Source: Candidatus Eiseniibacteriota bacterium
GTDB lineage: Bacteria > Eisenbacteria > RBG-16-71-46
Length of the DNA stretch: 64,000 nt
Assembly: GCA_044222065.1 (NCBI GenBank)
Contig: JBGAOA010000001.1
Coordinates: forward strand, 1-64,000
Direction of reading: 5' to 3'
A model generated the notes under the pieces. That model was not told the origin of the DNA. It saw only the letters and a list, made by a program, of their open reading frames with translations, and ran no database searches. Positions within the stretch are counted from its first letter, which is position 1; each line of letters begins with the position of its first letter. This document shows, in pieces, positions 28,582 through 37,245 of the stretch. The translations under genes were made by a program, and so were the position numbers.

Positions 28582-30780
28582 TCAGTTCTCGAGCACGCTC
28601 ACGCGCGCGAACAGCGTGCGTCCGAGCGCTTCGACGCGCGCGAAGTACAGGCCGGGCTTCACGGCCGAGCCCGAGGCGTCGCGCAGGTTCCACGACGCAC
28701 GGAGCGGCCCGGCGCTCGCGTGGCCGCGATACGGCGTCGCGATCTGCCGTCCCTGGACGTCGAACATCTGCAGCGTCACGTCGGCGTCCTCGGGGAGCGA
28801 CAGTTCGAACCGGGCCTCGATGCGCACCGGGTTTCCGAGCAGCGCGAGCTGCAGCTTCGTCGCCGTGGGGGCGGACTCGATCACGATCGGCCCGAGAACG
28901 GCTTCGGTGCCGGCGCACGAGCGGGCCGCGAGCCAGTAACGGCCGCCGGTCGCGCCGGAGCGGTCCACGAAGCGGAACGTCGCCTCGCCGTTCGCGCTCT
29001 CGAGGCTCGCGTCGTTGCCGACGAACACGAGCGCGCCCGCGGCGTCCTCGCGGTACACGTTGAAGCCGTCCACGTGGTCGTTCTCGCCCACGGTCCAGAC
29101 GAGCCGCGGGCCGATCGGCAGCGGCGCGCCTTCGACGCGGCGCAGCGTCGAGAGCGGGATCTGCTTCGCGATCGCCTCGGCGTCGAGCCGCTCGGCGTGA
29201 ACGTGCCCGTCGTGCTCGTCGTGCAGCGCTGCGGTGAACGCGTCCACCGAGCCGTCGATCGCCGAGACGGGCGCCTCGAGCGCGGCGGCGACGGCCGCCG
29301 CGACGTTCCGGTCCACGTCCGAGGCGATGAACATCGGCGCCGTGCCGCTCGTGTAGTCGTACTCGAACGCCATGTAGTCGCCGCGGCACGTGTAGCTGCC
29401 GGCCGCGCGCGTGCTGCCGCGCACGCGGAAGCGCACCTCACGCGAGGCGGACACGTAGTTCGCGGGCGTCGACGTGGACCACGTCTTCGTGACGTCGGTC
29501 GTGCTCACCGTCCCGCTGTTGATCTGGTCCCACACGCTCGTGGCCCAGTTCCACAGGTACAGGTACTGGGTGCGCGAGACCGTGAAGTTGCCGTCGTACG
29601 TCACCGTGAGGTTCAGCGGCGGGTGATCGAGGAACGCGTAGCCGTACCAGTCGGTCACGTACGCACTGCTCTCGACGCCGGCGCCGACGGAGACGCGCAC
29701 CGCGTCGTTCACGGCGAGCCGCGTGTAGTCGCCGGTCGTGATGCTGCCCTTCAGCATCGTCATGCCCTCGGCGACTTCGGTCGTGTGGATCGGCGGCGGC
29801 GGGGGCGTTCCGCCACCGTTGTAGTACGTGTCGGTGAAGCCGGAGCCCGCCACGGTGTACGCGGCGCCGCTCTGCCAGTCGGCCTGCACGACGATCGTGC
29901 CGCCGACCTTGTCCCACGACGGGTCGGGCGTCGCGCCCGCGCCGGTCTCGGTCCAGTAGGTGTGGACGCCGTGCGCGTGCAGCCGGCCGAGCGCGCTCGC
30001 CGTCGGATGCCCGTAGGAGTTCCCGTTTCCGCACTGGATGATGCCGACCTCGGGCGTCACCGCCGCGAGCCAATTGTCGTTCGACGAATACGCCGAGCCG
30101 TGGTGGTGGACCTTGTAGATCTCGACGTCGCCCGTCTCGGGTCCGATCGTGGTCTCGACGTCGTTGTTGTTCGCGACGCTTCCGGTGAGGTCGCCGCCGA
30201 TCACTTCCTGGAAGTCGCCGTAGCTGACGAGGTACACGGCGCTCTTCGCGTTCTCGTCCGAGCCGCTCACCGAGTAGACGCCGGCGCCGTTCAGGTCCAC
30301 GCACTTGATCGTGACGGGGTGCGCCGAGGCGGCGTCGAGCGTGACGACCTGGTCCTTCGCGATCGTCGTGCGCTTCGCTCCGAGCGTGTTCACGTACGCC
30401 GTGTACGTGCCACTCGAATAGGAGAAGCCGCGGTCGTAGCCCGCGGTGCCGATCGTGATGCCGATCGCGGCGAGGTCGTCGATGCAGCCGAGGTGGTCCG
30501 AGTGGTAGTGCGACATGAAGTGGTAGTCCACCGTCGTCACACCGAGGCCCTGCAGGTAGGTCTTGATGCCGGTGCAGTTCAGGTAATTGCCGTCGTCGAA
30601 CAGCGCGGTCTGGCCGTTCGGCGAAATCAGCAGCATGCCGTCGCCCTGGCCGACGTTGACGTGGTGGATCTGCAGGTGGCCGTTGCCGGCGATCGCGAAC
30701 GCGACGGCGGGAGCGAGGAGGACGGCGGTGGCGGCGCACGCGACGCGCCGCAGGGTCCGGAGAACGGGGGGCATTCTCAT
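28582..30780 (-). CDS. Secreted ComEC/Rec2-like MBL-fold hydrolase with a C-terminal FlgD-Ig-like domain
   Basis: NVGQGD, SHYHSDHLG, ENAKS, GGDL, KVHHHGS, NSYGHP; C-terminus NP...MFDVQGR...WN...GLYF. Confidence 0.8.
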   Translation of the reverse strand: MRMPPVLRTLRRVACAATAVLLAPAVAFAIAGNGHLQIHHVNVGQGDGMLLISPNGQTALFDDGNYLNCTGIKTYLQGLGVTTVDYHFMSHYHSDHLGCIDDLAAIGITIGTAGYDRGFSYSSGTYTAYVNTLGAKRTTIAKDQVVTLDAASAHPVTIKCVDLNGAGVYSVSGSDENAKSAVYLVSYGDFQEVIGGDLTGSVANNNDVETTIGPETGDVEIYKVHHHGSAYSSNDNWLAAVTPEVGIIQCGNGNSYGHPTASALGRLHAHGVHTYWTETGAGATPDPSWDKVGGTIVVQADWQSGAAYTVAGSGFTDTYYNGGGTPPPPPIHTTEVAEGMTMLKGSITTGDYTRLAVNDAVRVSVGAGVESSAYVTDWYGYAFLDHPPLNLTVTYDGNFTVSRTQYLYLWNWATSVWDQINSGTVSTTDVTKTWSTSTPANYVSASREVRFRVRGSTRAAGSYTCRGDYMAFEYDYTSGTAPMFIASDVDRNVAAAVAAALEAPVSAIDGSVDAFTAALHDEHDGHVHAERLDAEAIAKQIPLSTLRRVEGAPLPIGPRLVWTVGENDHVDGFNVYREDAAGALVFVGNDASLESANGEATFRFVDRSGATGGRYWLAARSCAGTEAVLGPIVIESAPTATKLQLALLGNPVRIEARFELSLPEDADVTLQMFDVQGRQIATPYRGHASAGPLRASWNLRDASGSAVKPGLYFARVEALGRTLFARVSVLEN

Positions 30781-30943
30781 GCGGGGGGCCTCTGCCTTGA
30801 GGTGCTGGCCGCGGTTCCTTCCGCGAGGTGTCGTGCTCGATCCCACGGCCGGGAGGTCGCGGCGTGCGTGGGGGCGCCGCGCGTGAGCGACGTGCTGCTG
30901 AGCGTGGTTATACGCCTTCCCGGATCGCGAGTCGCGGGAAAAA

Positions 30944-32488
30944 TCAGCGCGCGTCGGGCGAACCCGGGCCGGAGGAGTCGGCGGCGGCGTCCGGTTCGAT
31001 CGGCCGATACAGGAAGCGCGGCGTGCTGCCGTAGCCGTCGAGCGCGCGGAGCGAGGGCTCGAGCGGCAGTGTGTCCGCGAGCCGGTAGGAGAACCGCAGC
31101 GAACGCCAGTAGGGGCCCGAGCGGTCGCGGAACGAATCGAGCGGCACGTCGGTGAACAGCACCGGGCGGCCGGGGCCGCGGCGCAGCGGTTCGAACAGCT
31201 TCGCGATGAACTGCGGGTCGCGCTCGAGCAGCGAATTGCCGTGCGAGCGCAGGATGTCGTCGATCGGCAGCAGGCTGATCGAGGGTCCCTTGCCGGCGAG
31301 CGTCGTGTACCAGCCGTGGTACGGCATCAGCACGGGGCCGGGCTCGGCGGCGAGGCGCGCGACCCACGCGGCGCGCGCCTCGCGGCCGTCGTCGCGGCGC
31401 ACGTGCCCGGCGAGCGGGTGGTAGAGGATCGCGAGGAACTGCAGCGCGAGCGCGCAGCAGGCGAACGCTTCGCCGCGCCAGCGCGCCGTCGTCTCGCCCG
31501 CGATCAGCAGGCGGTGGATCGCGATCGGTCCGGTGATCGCGAGTGCGGCGAGCACCGGCATGAGCACGTGGAAGTACTGGTACGGGTCGAGCGTCGCGAG
31601 GAACCCGCAGCCGATGCCGCCGAGTCCGGTCCACCACCAGAAGCTCACGGGCTCGTTCCACAGCTTGCCGCCGCGCGCGAACGCGAACAGCGCCGGCAGC
31701 GTGAGCGGCGAGAACGACCCGAGCAGCCGCAGCTGCAGGAAGTCGAGGATGCGCACGCGGTCGAGCTGCGACCAGTGCGACGGGACGTCGTAGACGTAGA
31801 AGCGGAACCACGGGCCGAGCCACGCCGAGAGCACCGCGAAGCCGCCGCCCGCGGCGGCCGCGAGCGTGAGCAGGTACGGCAGGAAGCGCTTCCGGTCGCA
31901 GAGCAGCAGCCACGGTAGCGGGGAGCACGCGAGCACGAGCCCGTGCTGCTTCGTGAAGAACGCCGCGGCGCCGAGCAGGGCCGCGAGCACCGCGCTCGTC
32001 GCGCCGCGGCCGTAGCGCAGCACCGCGAGGCCGAGGAACGCGAAGAACAGCATCGGCGGGTCGCTGCGGATCAGGTCGTAGCCGCCGGCGATGAGCCCCT
32101 GGCCCCACAGCCAGATCGCGCCCGCGGCGAATCCGAGCAGCTTGCTGCCCGTCTCGCGACGCACGATCCAGAGCATCAGCAGCGCGAGTCCCGTGGCCGC
32201 GCCCATCGCGACGGCGCGGCCGACCCAGAACTCGAGCCCGAGCACGCGTGACAGCAGCCCGACGATCGTCGTGTAGAGCGGCATGTACGCGAACGGCGTG
32301 AACCCGAGCGACGGCTCGACGTAGAGCGGCTGGCCGTGGGCGATGCGCGCCACGTGGTCCATCATGAGGCCTTCGAGATTGCCGTTCTCGACCGCGCACG
32401 GCAGCCGCCGCAGCCCGACCCAGAAGAAGGCGGCCCACACGAACGCGCTCACGAGGAACAGCGCCGACTTGAAGAGGCGCGCGATCAC
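30944..32488 (-). CDS. GT-C-like (ArnT/PMT-type) membrane glycosyltransferase
   Basis: E...LY...YMPLY, RSD, FFTKQ; multiple transmembrane segments; GTGA overlap with the upstream gene. Confidence 0.65.
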   Translation of the reverse strand: MIARLFKSALFLVSAFVWAAFFWVGLRRLPCAVENGNLEGLMMDHVARIAHGQPLYVEPSLGFTPFAYMPLYTTIVGLLSRVLGLEFWVGRAVAMGAATGLALLMLWIVRRETGSKLLGFAAGAIWLWGQGLIAGGYDLIRSDPPMLFFAFLGLAVLRYGRGATSAVLAALLGAAAFFTKQHGLVLACSPLPWLLLCDRKRFLPYLLTLAAAAGGGFAVLSAWLGPWFRFYVYDVPSHWSQLDRVRILDFLQLRLLGSFSPLTLPALFAFARGGKLWNEPVSFWWWTGLGGIGCGFLATLDPYQYFHVLMPVLAALAITGPIAIHRLLIAGETTARWRGEAFACCALALQFLAILYHPLAGHVRRDDGREARAAWVARLAAEPGPVLMPYHGWYTTLAGKGPSISLLPIDDILRSHGNSLLERDPQFIAKLFEPLRRGPGRPVLFTDVPLDSFRDRSGPYWRSLRFSYRLADTLPLEPSLRALDGYGSTPRFLYRPIEPDAAADSSGPGSPDAR

Positions 32489-34092
32489 GGAGCGGAGGTC
32501 GCGGACGAATCGCCCGCCGCGGCGACGGCGCCGCGCGGCGCGTACCACGTGCCGAGCGGACCGCGGCGCACGGGCTCGAAGCGTTCGTCGAGCAGGCGTC
32601 GGAACGACGCCGAGCGTTCGAACACGGGCGGATGGTCGAGCGTGAAGTCGCGGTGGATGAACACGTACGCGGGGCGCGAGTCCACGAGCGCGCGCGCGCA
32701 CGCTTCCCATTCGGGCGGCTGCATGAAGTCCATGAGCATCGAAGGATTGCGCGGCCCCGCTTGATCGCGGCCCGCGAGGTAGGTGAAGAGCGGGTTTCCG
32801 ATCTCGAAGATCGGCCCGGGGCGCGCGCCGGGCTCCGAGAGGAACTTCACCTCGTCGAGCACCTTGCCGTAGACGCCGTCGCGGCTGAAGCGCAGGTGCG
32901 AGCGGTGCTGCGCGCTCGCCGTGCGCAGGAAGCCGTCGTGCACGAAGTAGAGCGCCTTCGTCGCGCCGGCGATCACGGCCCAGCCGCACACGAGCGCGAC
33001 GAGCACGCCGACGCGCAGGGAGGCGCGGCGGTCGCCCGAGCGCTCGAACGCATCGCGCAGCACGTCCACGCCGCGCGCGGCGAGCGCGCCGAGCGGCACG
33101 ACGAACATCATGAAGTGGTACTGCCAGTAGGAGAATCGCTGCACGAGCAGCACGCCGGCCGCCGCGACGAGCCACAGCGTGAAAGCGATCGTCCAGCGAT
33201 CGCGCCGCACTCCGCGCGCGAGGCCCAGGAACGCGAGGCCGAGGACCGGCGCCCAGCGCGGCGCGAACCACAGGAAGCCGTCGAAGAGCGTCTTGAAGCG
33301 CACGCCGCGCATCTGCGAGAACACCGAGCGCGGGTAGTCCACGTAGGTCCACTTCGCCTCGGCGAGCGTGCCGTCGCGCACGAAGGTGGCGACCACGAAC
33401 GCGAGCACGGCCGCGAGCCCGACCGCGACGGCCGCGGCGTTCGTGAACGCCGGCGGCCAGCCGCGCGCGCGTTCGTCGTCGCCGGCCTCGGCGCCGGGCC
33501 ACAGCGCGACGAGCCACAGCAGTCCGACGAGCGGCAGCAGCGCGAGCTTGAACACGAGCGCGACGCCGCCCGCCAGCCCCGAGAGCAGCGCCCACGGCAG
33601 CGAGGTGCGCGACGCGCCGCGCGCGCGCATCGCGGCCGCGAGCGCAACGAACAGCGGCAGCCCCGTGAGCCACTCGACCTGGCTCAGGTGGCTGCCCTCG
33701 GCGAAGGCGTAGCCGTAGCCGATCGACAGCAGCGCGGCGACGGAGGCGAGCCAGCCGCGTCCGAGCCAGCGCGCGAGCCCGGCCCGGAGCGCGATCGCGA
33801 GCGTTCCCATCCACACCACGTCGAGCGCGCGGATGCCGATCTCGCGGAACCCGAACAACCGGCCGCCGGCGAGGAAGAACCAGAACAGGCCCGGCTGCTT
33901 CACGTCCCAGACGTCGCGGTAGAGCTTCGCTCCGGCGGCGAGCTTCTTCGCGCACAGCGTGAAGAACGCGCCGTCCCAGATGAACGGTTGCCCGAGGTTG
34001 ACGACGGCGAGCCCGAGCACGGCCGCGAGCAGCAGCGCGTCCGGCCACGACGCGCGGGGGGCGGAGCGCGGGGCGTCGGTGCTCGCGGCCAT
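32485..34092 (-). CDS. GT-C-like membrane glycosyltransferase
   Basis: WDGAFF...LYRDVWDVKQPG, QVE, LVFK, YHF; multiple transmembrane segments. Confidence 0.7.
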   Translation of the reverse strand: MAASTDAPRSAPRASWPDALLLAAVLGLAVVNLGQPFIWDGAFFTLCAKKLAAGAKLYRDVWDVKQPGLFWFFLAGGRLFGFREIGIRALDVVWMGTLAIALRAGLARWLGRGWLASVAALLSIGYGYAFAEGSHLSQVEWLTGLPLFVALAAAMRARGASRTSLPWALLSGLAGGVALVFKLALLPLVGLLWLVALWPGAEAGDDERARGWPPAFTNAAAVAVGLAAVLAFVVATFVRDGTLAEAKWTYVDYPRSVFSQMRGVRFKTLFDGFLWFAPRWAPVLGLAFLGLARGVRRDRWTIAFTLWLVAAAGVLLVQRFSYWQYHFMMFVVPLGALAARGVDVLRDAFERSGDRRASLRVGVLVALVCGWAVIAGATKALYFVHDGFLRTASAQHRSHLRFSRDGVYGKVLDEVKFLSEPGARPGPIFEIGNPLFTYLAGRDQAGPRNPSMLMDFMQPPEWEACARALVDSRPAYVFIHRDFTLDHPPVFERSASFRRLLDERFEPVRRGPLGTWYAPRGAVAAAGDSSATSAP

Positions 34093-34202
34093 GGATCGGG
34101 GTCTCCGGGTCGTGCGAAGGGTGCTCGCGTGCGCGTGCGCGGGCGGTCGAGCGCGAAGAAATAGCACTCGCCGCCGTGTCTGTCGCCCCGAATTCGCGCG
34201 CC

Positions 34203-35678
34203 TCAGTGCGGCTCGCTCGCGCGTCCTTCCCACAGCGTGACGGGCGGAATGATCCAGCGCCGCCCGTGCGCGGCCGCGGCGATCGCGCGCGCCTGCGCAG
34301 CACCGGCTCGCGTCACCTGGTCGCGCGCGACGCGCGCGCGATCCACTCCGACGCCCCACCACGCGGCGCCGCCATCCACCTCGCGCGCGAACGCGGCGGT
34401 CGTGATCCGCGCCGACACCGGGATCTCGAGGCCGCCGTCGAAGTACTCGGTGCCGCCGTCGCCGAGCAGCAGCCGATGGCGGCCCGCGGGGTCGTAGTAG
34501 AGGGCGGTGAGGATCGAGTGCGACTCGGCGTGCACCACGAGGTCGCCGGGCGCGCGCATCGCGGCGAGCCGCGCGAGCGACGCGCGCAACGCGACGCCTT
34601 CCGGGAACGGCGGCGCCTGCCAGCTCCAACGCGCGGCGAGCGCGACGAGCACGGCGGCGAGCGCGAGGCGGAGCCCTCGGAGCGGGCGGCCGTCGACGCC
34701 GGCCGCGACGAGCGCGAACCAGATCGGCGCCGCGAACAGGAACTCGTTCGGGAACGACACCGGCAGCACGCGGATCGCGAGCGGCGGCAGCAGCACGAGC
34801 GTCCACGCGATCGCGGCCGCGCGGCGGCGCGCGCGGTCGAAGAGCGGCACGAGCGCGAGGATCGCGAACGCGGGCAGGAGCGGCGTGTGACTCAGGCACA
34901 GCTTGCGGATGTAGTCCGCGATCTCGTGGGGGCGGGGGAACTTCGCGAGCGACAGCGTGCCCTCGCGCGCGAGCTGCTCGAGGAACACGGGCAGCTGGGG
35001 CAGGAAGCCGGCGAGGATCGCGAGGTGCAGGAGCAGCAGCGAGCGGCGCCGGCGCGCGTCGCCGCGCAGCGCGACGAGGCCCCACGCGAGCAGCAGCGCC
35101 TGCACGGCGAGGAACGCGTAGTGCGTGTAGAGCGCGAGCAGCGACGCGGCCACGCCCGCGATCGCGGCGCCCGCGCGGTCGTTCTCGAGCCACGCGGTCC
35201 ACGCGTCCACGACGACGAGCGCGAGCAGCCACTGCACCGGGTACATGCCGACTTCCTGTCCGTAACGAACGAGCGCGAACGCGACGGCACTGAACGCGAC
35301 CGCGAGCAGCGCCGCGCGCGTGCCGAACCAGCGCCGGAACAGCCGGAACGCGAGCGGCAGGCACGCGAGCGTCAGCGCGATGGAGAAGCCCTTGTTCCAG
35401 GCGGCGCCGTCTCCGCCGAGCCGGATCCACGCGTGGCGCACGAGGAAGGCGAGCGGCGGGTGGATGTCGCGCGAAGCCGTCGTCCACACCTCGTGCGCGG
35501 GCCGGCGCGACAGCAGCACGAAGTAGATCTCCTCGAACCAGAGCGGCGAGCGCAGCGCGAGATGGACACGCAGCGCGCCGGCGACGAGCACGAGCAGCGC
35601 GAGCGCGGCGTACACCGCGCCGCCTTCGCGCGCGCGGGCGGCGGGGGCCGCCGTCGGGCCAGCCGAGTCGGGACTCAT
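34203..35678 (-). CDS. GT39/PMT-like membrane glycosyltransferase
   Basis: LWFEE, DIHPPL, YGQEVGMY, LYTHY. Confidence 0.75.
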   Translation of the reverse strand: MSPDSAGPTAAPAARAREGGAVYAALALLVLVAGALRVHLALRSPLWFEEIYFVLLSRRPAHEVWTTASRDIHPPLAFLVRHAWIRLGGDGAAWNKGFSIALTLACLPLAFRLFRRWFGTRAALLAVAFSAVAFALVRYGQEVGMYPVQWLLALVVVDAWTAWLENDRAGAAIAGVAASLLALYTHYAFLAVQALLLAWGLVALRGDARRRRSLLLLHLAILAGFLPQLPVFLEQLAREGTLSLAKFPRPHEIADYIRKLCLSHTPLLPAFAILALVPLFDRARRRAAAIAWTLVLLPPLAIRVLPVSFPNEFLFAAPIWFALVAAGVDGRPLRGLRLALAAVLVALAARWSWQAPPFPEGVALRASLARLAAMRAPGDLVVHAESHSILTALYYDPAGRHRLLLGDGGTEYFDGGLEIPVSARITTAAFAREVDGGAAWWGVGVDRARVARDQVTRAGAAQARAIAAAAHGRRWIIPPVTLWEGRASEPH

Positions 35679-35799
35679 GCGGGGCGGAACGCTACTCCCG
35701 GGGCGTCGCGGTGTCGAAACCGCCGCGCGTGCGCACCGCTCGACGCCCGCGCGGCCGCGCCGCTATCATCCGCCGCACTTCTCGCCGCATTTCGAGGCT

Positions 35800-35924
35800 T
35801 GGACTCCGTTGGAAGACCCGAGTGCAAGGCGGCGAGGGAAAGTGGAACGAGGTGTATCCGCAGGATACTCCGCAGTGACGAGTGACCGAGCCAACGCGGC
35901 AATCGGGTCTTCCAACGGAGTCCA
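35800..35924. repeat. 125-bp ERIC/MITE-like palindromic element in the mqnC leader
   Basis: Perfect 22-bp terminal inverted repeats (35800-35821 / 35903-35924), central hairpin gtatcc-gca-ggatac, second related copy at 26454-26509. Confidence 0.75.
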
Positions 35925-35940
35925 GCCGAGGTACGTCCCC

Positions 35941-37161
35941 GTGTGGTCCCAGATCGAATCGAAAGTCGCGAACGGTGAGCGCCTCACGTCCGAGGAGGGC
36001 GTGTTCCTGCTGACCGACGCTCCGCTCACCGACCTCGGCGCGCTCGCGAACGAGATGCGCAACCGCAAGAACGACCCGAAGGTCGTGACGTACGTCATCG
36101 ACACGAATCCGAACTACACGAACGTCTGCACGGTGGACTGTCACTTCTGCGCGTTCTACCGCAAGCCGGGCGCGAACGCGTCCGACGCCTACACGCACGA
36201 CGTCGAAGGCGTCATGAAGATGATGGCGGACGCGGACCGCCTCGGCGCGACGACCGTGCTGCTGCAAGGGGGGCTCAATCCTGCGATCGCGTGGGAGTTC
36301 TATCCGGCGATCGTGCGCGAGGCGCGGCGCCGCTACCCGCACATCACCCCGCACTTCTTCTCCGCGCCCGAGATCCACCAGATGGCGGAGGTGTCGGGCC
36401 TGACGATCGAAGGTGTGCTGAAGGCGCTCTACGAGGCGGGCCAGACGACGCTGCCGGGCGGCGGCGCCGAGATCCTCGCGACCCGCGTGCGCAAGCGGAT
36501 CTCGGTGAAGAAGGGCGGACCCGACGCGTGGCTCGACGTGCACCGCGCGGCGCACCGCGTCGGCATGGTGTCCACGGCGACCATGATGTACGGCCACGTC
36601 GAGACGCCCGAGGAGATCGTCGAGCACCTCGGCTACGTGCGCGCGCTGCAGGACGAGACGCGCGGCTTCACGGCGTTCGTGCCGTGGAGCTACAAGCGCG
36701 GGAACACGCCGATGGAGTCGAAGGTGAAGCACATCGCGGGGGCCTCGATGTACCTGCGAGTGCTCGCCGCGAGCCGGCTGTTCCTCGACAACTTCGATCA
36801 CGTGCAGGCGTCGTGGTTCAGCGAGGGCAAGAAGACCGGCCAGATCGCGCTGCACTACGGCGCGGACGACTTCGGCGGCACGCTGTTCGAGGAGAACGTC
36901 CACCTCGCGACCGGGCACGTGAACAAGACCACGATCGCCGAGATCGAGACGCTGATCCGCGAGTCGGGCTACACGCCCGCGCAGCGCACGACGCGCTACG
37001 AGATCCTGCGCGTCGGCGAGGGTCCCGAGGCGCTCGCGAGCCTGAGCGCCGACGTGCCGCTGTTCGTCGAGAGCCTGCGCGAGCTGCCGGCCGAGTACCC
37101 GGACGTGATCGAAGGCGAAGAGTCCGCGCCGGCGAACGGCGGGCTCGTGATGCCGCGCTGA
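35941..37161 (+). CDS. mqnC: Cyclic dehypoxanthinyl futalosine synthase (radical SAM)
   Basis: NYTNVCTVDCHFCAFYR, LLQGG, PGGGAEIL, TATMMYGHVE, FTAFVPW, HVQASW, GADDFGG, EENV. GTG 35941 follows GAGG; GTG 35875 is an alternative start. Confidence 0.92.
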   Translation: MWSQIESKVANGERLTSEEGVFLLTDAPLTDLGALANEMRNRKNDPKVVTYVIDTNPNYTNVCTVDCHFCAFYRKPGANASDAYTHDVEGVMKMMADADRLGATTVLLQGGLNPAIAWEFYPAIVREARRRYPHITPHFFSAPEIHQMAEVSGLTIEGVLKALYEAGQTTLPGGGAEILATRVRKRISVKKGGPDAWLDVHRAAHRVGMVSTATMMYGHVETPEEIVEHLGYVRALQDETRGFTAFVPWSYKRGNTPMESKVKHIAGASMYLRVLAASRLFLDNFDHVQASWFSEGKKTGQIALHYGADDFGGTLFEENVHLATGHVNKTTIAEIETLIRESGYTPAQRTTRYEILRVGEGPEALASLSADVPLFVESLRELPAEYPDVIEGEESAPANGGLVMPR

Positions 37162-37167
37162 CGCGCG

Positions 37168-37218
37168 GGAAACGACACGGCGCCCCGGAGCTCGCCGCTC
37201 CGGGGCGCCGTCGTTTCC
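37168..37218. terminator. Long hairpin between convergent mqnC and ccmF (bidirectional terminator)
   Basis: acggcgccccggagc-tcgcc-gctccggggcgccgt flanked by ggaaacg / cgtttcc. Confidence 0.7.
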
Positions 37219-37245
37219 GGTCCGCGACGCGTGCGCCGCGGCGAA

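Noticed and set aside
35800..35924. 6S RNA, SRP RNA or invertible promoter interpretation of the long hairpin
   Set aside because: It is short for 6S and lacks the SRP GGAA-loop motif. No recombinase is nearby and the -10 lies outside the repeats. A second related copy favours a dispersed repeat.
35677..35940. N-terminal extensions given by the ORF track for mqnC (and similarly mqnE, mqnA, ccmF, hflX)
   Set aside because: They are low-complexity read-through of GC-rich intergenic DNA. Family-like sequence and RBS or -10 signals start further downstream.
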